Assembly: GCA_963716535.1 (NCBI GenBank)
Contig: OY970317.1
Location: 2,480,123 to 2,544,122, forward strand
DNA length: 64,000 nucleotides
DNA from: an uncultured Solirubrobacteraceae bacterium
Lineage (GTDB): Bacteria > Actinomycetota > Thermoleophilia > Solirubrobacterales > Solirubrobacteraceae
Direction: 5' to 3'
The translations under genes and the position numbers were made by a program. The notes beneath the pieces are model-generated. The model did no database searches. It saw only the letters and a list, made by a program, of their open reading frames with translations, and was not told where the DNA came from. Positions 48,940-58,311 of this stretch are shown here, one piece after another; position 1 is the first letter of the stretch, and every line of letters starts with the position of its first letter.

Positions 48940-49357
48940 GCCCTACGGCTCCGCCGGATTGCTTGTATTCGATACCTCGGCGTGGAACCGCCAGCGCGAC
49001 CCGGTCGTGCTCCCACGCTGGTTGGCGACTGCAGAAGCCGATTGCCTGGCTGTCTGTCCTGTGGTCGCGCTCGAGCTACTCGCGAGTGCTCGCGACGAGC
49101 GAAGGTTCGCCGATCTTGACCAAACCCTGGCCGCTCTGCCTGCGGCTCACGTCACACGCAGCGCGAGCGCCGCGGCCCTCAGCGCCTCGCGCGAGCTGCG
49201 AGGCGAGCGACGCATCCCCGCGGCTGACTACCTGATCGCCGCGGCCGCCGCCGGCCGCGGCGCGGGGGTGCTGCACTATGACCATCACTTCGAGCCTCTC
49301 TGTCGAGTGCTCGGGATCGAGAGCGTGTGGATCGCTGAGCCTAGGTCGATCGGCTGA
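48926..49357 (+). CDS. vapC: PIN domain toxin
   Basis: LVFDTSAW, VALELL, ADYLIAA, LHYDHHF acidic PIN tetrad. Confidence 0.9.
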   Translation: MPIAEPYGSAGLLVFDTSAWNRQRDPVVLPRWLATAEADCLAVCPVVALELLASARDERRFADLDQTLAALPAAHVTRSASAAALSASRELRGERRIPAADYLIAAAAAGRGAGVLHYDHHFEPLCRVLGIESVWIAEPRSIG

Positions 49358-49764
49358 TCCGCAGCGATCGGGCGTCAACGATCAACAGCGTCGAAAAGTC
49401 GCCGCCGTAGCTCCCGTCCCAACGGCTCGAGCAGCAGTTGCACCAGAGTCTCGACATCGTATTGCGGGCTTGGTCGCGTCCCGCCTCTCGCACCAAATGT
49501 TCGGTGGTCGAAGTCATGCGGAAGGCCCCGGTCCTCGAAGGGTCGAGGCCTTCCGTCCTGACTGGACGGCGTTTGCCGCAAGCGCCAGCGTGCCGCCTGA
49601 CCTTCAGCGCCGGCACTAGCGAACTGACGCACAATGGTCTTGCGATGCTCCGCTATCGACGCGATCCGCTCGCCTGTCCGTCGAGAGCCCATTATTCCGT
49701 ATTATTCTGGTTTCTTGATTTCTTCTTGCGCATACGGCCGCCTACCAGATAGTCTGCGCCCGCC

Positions 49765-50577
49765 ATGCTTTCACTCGCTACCTCCCTTTGGGACCTCCTC
49801 ACGCTCGCCGGCTTTCTGCTCGGTGTCGTCGCCGTATGGCTCGGCAGCAGGCATCTCAAACATCTCAAAACGTTGCCGCGCGAGACGAAGACCGTCGTAC
49901 ACAGCGCACGTCGGTGGCGACGTCGTGCGTTTGAGCAAGGCTTGCACTATCTCGGCGAGTACACCTCCGCTCACGCACACGTGTCATCCGAACCATCGAC
50001 TAGGTCGATTACAGATGAAGACATACGCGCCTGGGGCCGAAGTGTGATGCTTACCTCGGCGTCCGACATCTCTCGATATAGCCAAGGAAAGGCGAACCTT
50101 TTCGTTGTCAACGATGTCACCAATGTTAACGGTAGCCGGGTCGTGACCCTTCGCGCCAAGCAGTTTGTCGGAGGGTTCCCTATCGCGCAGCTCACAACAC
50201 TCCGCACCGAGAATCCAGTGTATAATTATCGTGACATGCCTGTAAGTGAACAATCCACTGCCACGATCGCTGGCCTAGCCGCATTTCGCGACCGAATAGA
50301 ATTTGCCGCTATCGGTAATGCGGTGAGCGACGAAGAGCGCCGGCTTGGTACCACTCACATTCTCGCGATTCCCGTTTGTAAAACCGTGGCGGATGTAGAA
50401 CCTGGAGATGCCGCTGTGGTCACAATTGACTTCCGACTACCTCTACGTGTTCGTGTTCTGTGGGTGTGTGAATCCTGGGCCGCGAAGGGGAAAATCCTCC
50501 GCCGAGCCGAAGTGCTCCAGAAAGCAATGCGAGAGTTCGCTCAAGCACTTGCCAGCAGCGCGAGTCAAAATGCCTGA
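49765..50577 (+). CDS. Single-TM protein with GAF-like C-terminal domain
   Basis: N-terminal TM; TIAGLAAF...ERRLGTTHILAIPVC...AVVTIDF resembles the GAF consensus; AT-richer than the core genes. Confidence 0.6.
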   Translation: MLSLATSLWDLLTLAGFLLGVVAVWLGSRHLKHLKTLPRETKTVVHSARRWRRRAFEQGLHYLGEYTSAHAHVSSEPSTRSITDEDIRAWGRSVMLTSASDISRYSQGKANLFVVNDVTNVNGSRVVTLRAKQFVGGFPIAQLTTLRTENPVYNYRDMPVSEQSTATIAGLAAFRDRIEFAAIGNAVSDEERRLGTTHILAIPVCKTVADVEPGDAAVVTIDFRLPLRVRVLWVCESWAAKGKILRRAEVLQKAMREFAQALASSASQNA

Positions 50578-50595
50578 CCTGGTTGGAGCCCTCTA

Positions 50596-52356
50596 GTGCC
50601 GACGACTCGCTCGTCCAGCTCGGGGGTCGCGCTGCGCGACCTCTTGAGACGACTAGCGGCCCTAGCGCCCGGCGAGGCCACCAAGGTAGTCCGTACCTGC
50701 GCGCGAGATAGCCCACGGGATGTACAGAAATGTTTAAGCGAATATGGCGCAATGCCAGGCTTGTTGCGGCTGACCCAACTCTTCCCGGACGGCTATCTCG
50801 ACGATTCCCCTGACCACGCGAACACAAAAACCTGGAGCCATGGCGAACTCGCAAGGCTACGACTCGTTCAGTGCATGGATCGGATGCTTCCGCAACTTTC
50901 CCGGCCGCAACAGACCTCCATTAGCTCTGCACGCCTTGACGATTTCGTGTTCCGCGACGTCCTCGACCGGAGCGGGTCAAACGGTGATCGCATCGACAAG
51001 TTTCCGCTCCGCGAGCTATCAAAATTGTACGAGGTAGCGCCTCGAATGAACCGACTCCAAGAGCTTGTCGACAGCCTGCGAGACGAAGTCGATCTTAGTG
51101 ACGCGGTGCTGGTAGCGCATCAGCATCTATTGGGCAGCGTGGCCAGTCAGTTCAGCGCTTTGCGACAGCTCGGCCTGGCACCTCGACGCACCTATATAGT
51201 CGGTAAGCCCTACTCGACGAACCGACTCGTAGCTGCACATCTCTCCGCTCAAGGATACTCGGTTAGATCTGGCTTTGAGGCTTTTGATCGAGAGGCCAGA
51301 GACGCGCCAGACTGGTACCAGGCGGATCGCTACGACGCTCTTGGCTATTTCTTCGCACGTGTCGTCCGGTCCCTGCCGCAGGAGAATGTCAGGCGACTTA
51401 TCGTTCTGGACGACGGTGGCCTGATCCTGTCTTGGCTGAACCGTGCGTTCGACAGCGACCTTTTTACTCAAGCGGAAATGAGTGATCTAGGTCGACTAGA
51501 AGTGGTCGGGGTCGAGCAGACTACCTTCGGCCGCCGACTGGTCGGTTCGCTCGACTCGTCGAAACAGACGCAGCCAAGGCATATGACGCGCGTGCCGGTT
51601 GCTAACGTCGCCCAGACGAGACTCAAGCTCGAAAAGGAGTGCGAGCTTATTGCGCAGTCTGTCGTGAATGAGCTTCGCGAATGGATCCGCAGCAGCCACG
51701 CTCGCGGCGAACATGCCGACAACCTGAGCGACGCACGAATTGGCGTGGTTGGCTTCGGCGTCGTTGGCGCATGGATCTGTCGAGCACTCCAGCGCGAGGA
51801 GCTAAAGCACCAGATTCTCGTGTTTGATGAGTCCGTGAGTCACAGTAGCATTGCGAGATCCTTTGGCTATAGGGTCGCGTCATCGGCCTCAGCGCTTGCG
51901 GCAGAATGCTCTGTCATCATCGGGTGCACAGGGGCACGCGACGGAATCGCGATTGACGCAGACGCGCTTCGACCTGGGACCATCCTGGCTTCGGCATCAT
52001 CCGGCAACTACGAGTTTGCGAGAGCCTTTATCACGGCACGGAAGCCGCGGGTCAGCCGAATCAACCCTGAGGTGAACAGAGCCAGGCGAGCAAGTAGCTT
52101 CGACTGGCTCCACTCAATTGTGGCCGTACCTGTAAAGGGAGGCAATGCTTATGTTCTGAATAGCGGCTTCCCGATCAACTTCACCGGCGGGGTCGATCCG
52201 ATTCGCCCAGAGCAGATCGAACTCACCCGCTGTTTGATGGTTCTCGGGGTCGCAGCAGCTCTGAGAGAGTTGCCTCGTCGACCCAACTTTGGCGGCACCG
52301 TGCAGCTCGCGGCTATCGACGAAACGCCCCTCAAGGATCTACTCGGTCATAGCTGA
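50596..52356 (+). CDS. Divergent S-adenosylhomocysteine hydrolase-like NAD-dependent enzyme with N-terminal extension
   Basis: AHQHLL, KPYST, LDDGG, GVEQTTFG, VANVAQTRLK, Rossmann VVGFGVVG, IIGCTG, VLNSGFPINF follow the SAHH motif order. Confidence 0.8.
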   Translation: MPTTRSSSSGVALRDLLRRLAALAPGEATKVVRTCARDSPRDVQKCLSEYGAMPGLLRLTQLFPDGYLDDSPDHANTKTWSHGELARLRLVQCMDRMLPQLSRPQQTSISSARLDDFVFRDVLDRSGSNGDRIDKFPLRELSKLYEVAPRMNRLQELVDSLRDEVDLSDAVLVAHQHLLGSVASQFSALRQLGLAPRRTYIVGKPYSTNRLVAAHLSAQGYSVRSGFEAFDREARDAPDWYQADRYDALGYFFARVVRSLPQENVRRLIVLDDGGLILSWLNRAFDSDLFTQAEMSDLGRLEVVGVEQTTFGRRLVGSLDSSKQTQPRHMTRVPVANVAQTRLKLEKECELIAQSVVNELREWIRSSHARGEHADNLSDARIGVVGFGVVGAWICRALQREELKHQILVFDESVSHSSIARSFGYRVASSASALAAECSVIIGCTGARDGIAIDADALRPGTILASASSGNYEFARAFITARKPRVSRINPEVNRARRASSFDWLHSIVAVPVKGGNAYVLNSGFPINFTGGVDPIRPEQIELTRCLMVLGVAAALRELPRRPNFGGTVQLAAIDETPLKDLLGHS

Positions 52357-52464
52357 CAGGTGCTTGTCGAGCGGAGAGCCGGCAGAGCGCCTTCACCGCG
52401 CGTGGCAGCAGTTGCGTCCTCGCCCTCAGCACGCAAGATCTTGACGAGGTTGCTGATCGACCAT

Positions 52465-53316
52465 ATGCTCCCGCGCGTGCGTACTACGCGAGGGCTTCTC
52501 ACCACTGTGGCCTGCGTGCTCTGCTTGGTGGGATCAGTCCAGCTGGGATCAGCCCAGGCAGCGACCGGCACGCTGACCGGAAGCGTGGGAGGCATTCCCA
52601 GCGGCGCCTCCGCCGAGGTCGTGCAGGCGGTGAATCCACAGGGAGTGATCGGGGCTGTCGGCACGGTCAACGCTGCCGGTACATACACGTTGGCGCTCGC
52701 GCCCGGCGCATGGCTCGTCACGGGCAGCGCACTGTCTGGTGATAGCGCCCTGACCGCTCTCAGCCCCCCGGTGCAAGTGCGAGCGCATCACAGAACGCGC
52801 GGCCCGCAAGCGCACTTGAAAGCGATCGCCGCGGCGGTCAAGCGTGGGCTGCCAGCGGGTTCGGTGGTCGCGGTGGCCCCAATCTTCTTGACCGACGAAC
52901 GCGGCCCTGTCTTCAACCTCAAGCCTGAATACACCGGCCTGGTGACGAACGATCTCTTCGCCCACTGCGCGTCGCGAGGAATCAGGTTCATCGACACGTC
53001 CGAAGCGTTTCGCAAGTTCGCCCAGCAGGAGCTCGCGCTCTCGCGCGCGGGCCGCCTGGCGACGCCGTTCGACTATCGGCCGATCGCTCCCCAGTACCGG
53101 ATCGAAGTCACCAGCAACGAGCTGGACCGCGGAGGGATCATGTTTGGGCTGTCCGTGCACAAGCCGGGCGACACCGAGACCGACTTCTCCGATTTGGAAG
53201 CCAGCGGGGAAGTCAACATCAACGGGCCCCAGCTCGAAACGGGACCCACCGACGAAGAAGTCGTGAACCTGGTCAACCAGGAGGCGGGCGCACTCGCCGA
53301 AAAGATCTGCGGCTAG
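52465..53316 (+). CDS. Hypothetical secreted protein with N-terminal beta-sandwich (carboxypeptidase regulatory-like) domain
   Basis: Signal peptide ending AQA; GTLTGSV...AAGTYTLALAPGAW pattern. Confidence 0.65.
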   Translation: MLPRVRTTRGLLTTVACVLCLVGSVQLGSAQAATGTLTGSVGGIPSGASAEVVQAVNPQGVIGAVGTVNAAGTYTLALAPGAWLVTGSALSGDSALTALSPPVQVRAHHRTRGPQAHLKAIAAAVKRGLPAGSVVAVAPIFLTDERGPVFNLKPEYTGLVTNDLFAHCASRGIRFIDTSEAFRKFAQQELALSRAGRLATPFDYRPIAPQYRIEVTSNELDRGGIMFGLSVHKPGDTETDFSDLEASGEVNINGPQLETGPTDEEVVNLVNQEAGALAEKICG

Positions 53317-53318
53317 CG

Positions 53319-54725
53319 GTGGGCAGCACAGCGCTGGTATGGCTGCGGCGCGACCTGCGCGTGCACGACCACCCGGCGCTGGCGTCCGCGCTCGCGAGCG
53401 CTGACGAGGTCGTTCCGGTGTTCTGTCTGGAGCGCCGGCTGCTGTGCGGCCGGCACGGCTCCGGACCGCGCACGCAGTTCATGCTCGACTGCCTGCGCGA
53501 TCTCGAGCGCTCGCTGCACCGGCGCGGCAGCGGCCTGGTGATCCTCGACGGGCCGCCCGAGCGAGAGCTCGCGAGCCTCGCGCGCCGGCTCGGCGCCCGC
53601 GAGGTCCACGCGAGCGCCGACGTAGGGCCGTTCGCGCGCCGTCGGGACACGCGCGTGCGGCGGGCGCTGCGCGCGACGAAGGTCGAGCTGTGTCTGCACC
53701 CGGGGCTGTTTGCAGTCGACGACCCGACGACGATCCGCACGCGCGCGGGTCGCCCGCAGACCGTCTTCACCCCGTACTACCGCGCCTGGCTGCGCGAGCC
53801 GCGGCGGCAGCCGGCGTCCACGCCCCGCGCGATGCCGCGCCTGCCCTTGGACGTCGATCCGGGACAGATACCGAGCCTCGCCGAGCTTGGCCTCGCGCAA
53901 TCGTTGGCCACCCCGCCACGGGGCGGCGAGCGGGCTGGGCGAAGGCTGCTCCGCGCCTTCCTCGCGTCCGGCGTCGAGGGCTACGCCGAGCGCCGCGATG
54001 TCCTCTCCGGCGGAAGCTCGTCCTCGCTCTCGCCGTACCTGCACTTCGGCTGCCTCTCCCCGCGCGAGGTCGAGGAGCTGCTTCCGCCGGGAGACGGCGC
54101 GGCGGAGTTTCGCCGTCAGCTGTGCTGGCGCGAGTTCTTCGCACAGGTGCTGCGCTCGTTCCCGCGCAACGCGCGCAGCGAGCACCAGCCGCGCCTGCGC
54201 GGGACGCTGCGCTGGAGTCACGCCCACAGGCCCTTCGAGGCGTGGTGCGAGGGCCGTACCGGCTATCCGATCGTCGACGCCTCGATGCGCCAGCTGCTGC
54301 GCGAGGGCTGGATACCCAACCGGGGACGGCTGATCGCGGCCTCGTTCCTGACGAAACACCTCGGCATCGACTGGCGCTGGGGAGAGCGCTGGTTCATGCG
54401 CCTGCTGCTCGACGGCGACGAGGCGAGCAACAACGGCAACTGGCAGTGGATCGCCTCGGTTGGCGTCGATCCACAGCCGCCGGCGCGGCGCCTGTACAAC
54501 CCGATCCTGCAACAGCGTCGCTTCGACCCCGACGGTGTGTACGTGCGTCGCCACGTTCCCGAGCTGGCGAGCGTGCCCGACGAGTACCTCGCTGAGCCGT
54601 GGCGCATGCCGCTCGAGCTCCAACACGAGGTCGGCTGCGAGATCGGCCTGGACTACCCGGCTCCGATCGTCGAGCACAGCCAGGCGCGACGCGAAGCGCT
54701 CGCGCGCTTCGCCGCCGCTCGCTAG
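53319..54725 (+). CDS. phrB: Deoxyribodipyrimidine photolyase (class I CPD photolyase/cryptochrome family)
   Basis: WLRRDLRVHDHPAL, SSLSPYLHFGCLS, WREFF, GRTGYPIVDA.MRQL, NNGNWQW, FDPDG.YVRR..PEL. Confidence 0.95.
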   Translation: MGSTALVWLRRDLRVHDHPALASALASADEVVPVFCLERRLLCGRHGSGPRTQFMLDCLRDLERSLHRRGSGLVILDGPPERELASLARRLGAREVHASADVGPFARRRDTRVRRALRATKVELCLHPGLFAVDDPTTIRTRAGRPQTVFTPYYRAWLREPRRQPASTPRAMPRLPLDVDPGQIPSLAELGLAQSLATPPRGGERAGRRLLRAFLASGVEGYAERRDVLSGGSSSSLSPYLHFGCLSPREVEELLPPGDGAAEFRRQLCWREFFAQVLRSFPRNARSEHQPRLRGTLRWSHAHRPFEAWCEGRTGYPIVDASMRQLLREGWIPNRGRLIAASFLTKHLGIDWRWGERWFMRLLLDGDEASNNGNWQWIASVGVDPQPPARRLYNPILQQRRFDPDGVYVRRHVPELASVPDEYLAEPWRMPLELQHEVGCEIGLDYPAPIVEHSQARREALARFAAAR

Positions 54726-54898
54726 CGGGACGCCGCGGCCCGCGGGCGCCGCGACACCCCTGGGCTCAGCCCGCCCGCGAGCGCAGGCCGCGTTACCGCA
54801 GCGCCAGCGGCGTCGCCATGAGGATTGTCGCGGGCAAACATCTGCCGGCCGGTATATCCAAGATTCAAGCTCGCGGGCCTTACGACGAAACAGTGAGC

Positions 54899-57034
54899 AT
54901 GCGGCAGCTCGCCATCTTTGGACTGGTCGCGTCGTTGCTGCTTGGCAGCGTGGCCGTGTTCGAGGCCAGCGACAGCGTCAACGCGCACCAGCGCGTGCAG
55001 GACAACTCGCTGCAGGCGGCGGTGGGCAACGAGGTGATGATGCTCGCGGGCAGCCAGCGCCAGACGCTCGCGGCGCTGTCGATGATGCTCGTCGATCCAG
55101 CCGTGCGCCAGCTGCTGAGCGCGCGCTCGCTGTCAGCCGGTGCGCGCCGCGGCGACCTCGAAAACGCGGCGCAGAGCCTCGCGACCGTGCAACGCACCTC
55201 CAGCGTGCCGCTGATCGCTGCGTGCCTCGACGACGCCGCCGGGCGCCAGCTCGTGTGTGTGCCGCGCGCGCGTTCCGCCGTGTTCCCGCTCGCGCTCACG
55301 CGTAGCTTCGCCGCGCTCGCCGCCCGTTCCACGGCGGGCGGCGGCATGGGCAGCGCGCCGTTTCGCTCGCCGGTCGACGGACGCCCGTCGATCGCTTTCA
55401 TCGCGCCGTTGCGCCTCGACGGGCGCTCGCTCGGCCTCGTGCACCTCGACATGAGCCCGCTCACGACGCGCGGACCGGCGATGGTCGTGAGCGACGTTCC
55501 GACGGTGACGGTCCAGCTCGGCAGCTACGCGGGCGGACGTCTGCGGATCACCTCGGCGTCGCCGCGCGGCGCCGTGTCTGCCGCCTCGGCGCGCGCTCGC
55601 GTTCGCACGGTGCTGGTCAGCGACCGGCACCTCGGCGGGCACCCGCAGCCCGCGATCAACGCCGGCCACCGCGCGATGGTCGCGGCGCTGCCGATTCCGG
55701 TCGGCGGGTCGCGGCGGCAGCTCGCCGTGGTGGCCACCGACACACATCCCAACCCTGACCTGCTGAACTCGTGGAGCCCCGGGCTGCTGACCGTGTTGAT
55801 CACCGCGATCCTCGGCCTGCTCGGCTCGATCGCCGGCCTGATGGTCTCCAACCGCAGGGTCGAGCGCGAGCTGTCCACCGATGCGCTCACCGGCCTGCGC
55901 AACCGCCGTGCGCTGCTGGAGGAGCTGCCGCGCGTGTGCCAGCGCGCGAGCGAGGAGCGGCCGGCGTACCTGTGGTTCTTCGACCTCAACGGCTTCAAGC
56001 ACTACAACGACTCCTTCGGCCATCTCGCGGGCGACAGCCTGCTTGCGCGGCTCGGCCGCCGGCTGCGCCGTGTGGTCGAGCCGTATGGCGACGTGTACAG
56101 GCTCGGCGGCGACGAGTTCTGCGCGCTCGTCACCGCCCCGACCGAGGACCCGCACGCGCTGTTCGTGCGGGCGCGCGAGGCGCTGGGCGAAGAGGGCGGC
56201 GCGTTCGCCGTCTCCGCCGCTGCCGGCGCGGTCGAGATCCCCCGTGAAACCAGCGAGCCGATGCACGCGCTGCGGCTCGCCGACCAGCACATGTATCGGG
56301 AGAAGGCGACCGGCCGTGGCGGCGCCGCGGAACTGATCACGTCGGTGCTGCACGCTGCGCTCGCGCAGCGCCACCCCGACCTCGGCGAGCACTCAGACGA
56401 TGTCGCCGGCGATGTCGAGCTGCTCGCGCGCACGATCGGCCTCGACGAGGAGCTGATCGGGCTGATCATCAAGGCCGGCGACCTGCACGACGTCGGCAAG
56501 CTCGGCATCCCCGATGAGATCCTCACAAAGCCGGGCGCGCTCAGCAACGAGGAGTGGACGTTCATGAAGCAGCACACGGTGATGGGCGAGCAGATCATCG
56601 CCGCCGCCGGGCCGTCGCTGGACCGCATCGGCCCGCTCGTGCGCGCCAGCCACGAGCGCTGGGACGGCAACGGCTACCCCGACGGCCTCGCCGGCGAGGA
56701 GATCCCGCTCGGCGCGCGCATCATCACGATCTGCGACTCGTTCCGCGCGATGCTCGACGAGCGCTCCTACAAGCCGGCGATGTCGATCCACGACGCGCTG
56801 TGGGAGCTGCGCCGCTGCGCCGGCACGCAGTTCGACCCGCAGCTCGTGGAGGTGTTCTGCAGGATCGTCAGCGAACGGGCGGGCGGCGCTCTGCCCACGG
56901 ATGCGCCTGCTCCAGCTGCGCCGCCAGCGCCAGCAGCGGCCCGTCCTGCCACGGCCCCGCGACCAGCTGAACTCCAACTGGCAGGCCGTCCTCGCTCCAG
57001 TGCAGCGGCAGGCTCACGGCCGGCAGACCGCTGA
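54899..57034 (+). CDS. Membrane sensor diguanylate cyclase / HD-GYP phosphodiesterase
   Basis: Two TMs; DALTGLRNRR, DLNGFK.YND.FGH, GGDEF (no RxxD); HDVGK, HERWDGNGYP. Start 54899 or 54818. Confidence 0.92.
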   Translation: MRQLAIFGLVASLLLGSVAVFEASDSVNAHQRVQDNSLQAAVGNEVMMLAGSQRQTLAALSMMLVDPAVRQLLSARSLSAGARRGDLENAAQSLATVQRTSSVPLIAACLDDAAGRQLVCVPRARSAVFPLALTRSFAALAARSTAGGGMGSAPFRSPVDGRPSIAFIAPLRLDGRSLGLVHLDMSPLTTRGPAMVVSDVPTVTVQLGSYAGGRLRITSASPRGAVSAASARARVRTVLVSDRHLGGHPQPAINAGHRAMVAALPIPVGGSRRQLAVVATDTHPNPDLLNSWSPGLLTVLITAILGLLGSIAGLMVSNRRVERELSTDALTGLRNRRALLEELPRVCQRASEERPAYLWFFDLNGFKHYNDSFGHLAGDSLLARLGRRLRRVVEPYGDVYRLGGDEFCALVTAPTEDPHALFVRAREALGEEGGAFAVSAAAGAVEIPRETSEPMHALRLADQHMYREKATGRGGAAELITSVLHAALAQRHPDLGEHSDDVAGDVELLARTIGLDEELIGLIIKAGDLHDVGKLGIPDEILTKPGALSNEEWTFMKQHTVMGEQIIAAAGPSLDRIGPLVRASHERWDGNGYPDGLAGEEIPLGARIITICDSFRAMLDERSYKPAMSIHDALWELRRCAGTQFDPQLVEVFCRIVSERAGGALPTDAPAPAAPPAPAAARPATAPRPAELQLAGRPRSSAAAGSRPADR

Positions 57035-58289
57035 CGTTGCCGAACGCCGTGAACGACACGCTCGCGACGACGTCGAGCACCGGCTGGTCGGGTGCGGCGT
57101 GCTGGGCCTCGAGGATCGCTCCCGCGACCGGCGGCAGGATCGCCGAGGTCGGCGTCAGCAGCACGTCGAAGTCGCGGCCCCAGCGCGCGACCTCGCGCCT
57201 GCTCAGCAGCTCGAGCTGGCGCGCCGCCAGCACGTAGTCATACGCGCCCAGCTCGCCGCTGGCTTTGCGCTGGTGCGCGATGTGCGGCTCCACGGCAGAC
57301 CAGTCGACGCCCTCGTAGTCGGCCAGGCCGCCCTGCGTCAACGCGATGAACGGCGCCACCATCTCCTCGGAGATCGTCGGCACCTCGACCTCCGCGACGG
57401 AGTGGCCGAGACCCTCCAGCAGCGCGGCCGCCGCGCGCGCGCCCGCGACGCACGCCGGGTCGGTGGGAATGCCGAGCGGCGCCTGCGCCATCAGACCCAC
57501 CCGCAGCGTGCCGGGCGCCGTGCCCGGCTCCTGCGCGAACGGGCGCGCGGGGACCGGCGCGTTGTACCAGGCGAGCGGGTCCGGACCGGCGATCGCGTCG
57601 AGCACCGTCGCGGAGTCCGCGACCGTGCGCGCGACCACGCCCTCGACGACCGCGCCGAGCCAGCTCTGCGCCAGGCGCGGCACGCGCCCGCGGCTCGGCT
57701 TGAAGCCGACCAGCCCGCAGTAGGAGGCGGGGATGCGAATCGAGCCGCCGCCGTCGTTGGCGTGCGCGATCGGGAACATGCCCGCGGCGACCGCAGCCGC
57801 CGCGCCGCCGCTGGAGCCACCGGGCGAGCGCTCGGGGTTCCACGGGTTGCGGCTGATGCCGTAGCGGCTGTTCTCCGCCGCCGTGATCACGCCGAACGCC
57901 GGCGTGTTCGTGCGCCCGCACAGCACGAAGCCGGCGCGCTCGAGCGCTTCGACGACCAGCTCGCTCTCCTCGCTCGCACCCTCCGGCGCGCCGTTGGACC
58001 CGTACGTCACCGGCCAGCCGGCCACCGGCGTCAGGTCCTTGATCGGCAGCGGCACGCCCAGGAACGGCGACTGCGCCGACTCCTCCGAGCCCGCCGCCAG
58101 GCGACGATCGGCCTCTGCCGCGGCAGCGCGCGCGGCCTCGTCGTTGCGCCAGATCACGGCGTTCAGCTCTGGGTTGCGCGCGTCGACCGCGGCGGTGCAC
58201 GCGTCGAGCAGCTCCGTGGCGGACAGCTCGCGGCGGCGCAGCGCGGCGGCGAGCTCGAGCGCCGGTGAGAACGGGTCAAGTGAGGACAT
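56868..58289 (-). CDS. Amidase (amidase-signature family)
   Basis: [24 protein letters not shown] catalytic motifs. Confidence 0.95.
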   Translation of the reverse strand: MSSLDPFSPALELAAALRRRELSATELLDACTAAVDARNPELNAVIWRNDEAARAAAAEADRRLAAGSEESAQSPFLGVPLPIKDLTPVAGWPVTYGSNGAPEGASEESELVVEALERAGFVLCGRTNTPAFGVITAAENSRYGISRNPWNPERSPGGSSGGAAAAVAAGMFPIAHANDGGGSIRIPASYCGLVGFKPSRGRVPRLAQSWLGAVVEGVVARTVADSATVLDAIAGPDPLAWYNAPVPARPFAQEPGTAPGTLRVGLMAQAPLGIPTDPACVAGARAAAALLEGLGHSVAEVEVPTISEEMVAPFIALTQGGLADYEGVDWSAVEPHIAHQRKASGELGAYDYVLAARQLELLSRREVARWGRDFDVLLTPTSAILPPVAGAILEAQHAAPDQPVLDVVASVSFTAFGNVSGLPAVSLPLHWSEDGLPVGVQLVAGPWQDGPLLALAAQLEQAHPWAERRPPVR

Positions 58290-58311
58290 TGCGCGACCCT
58301 ACCACCCGCAG

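Noticed and set aside
49375-49692. Minus-strand ORF with YDVETL...EPLGRELRR, faintly like the integrase C-terminus, plus a hairpin at about 49519-49555
   Set aside because: The similarity is too short to support an integrase remnant by eye; tblastn would be needed.
50596-52356. Calling this gene housekeeping ahcY
   Set aside because: Several active-site positions differ, it has a long N-terminal extension, and its composition looks foreign, so no symbol was given.
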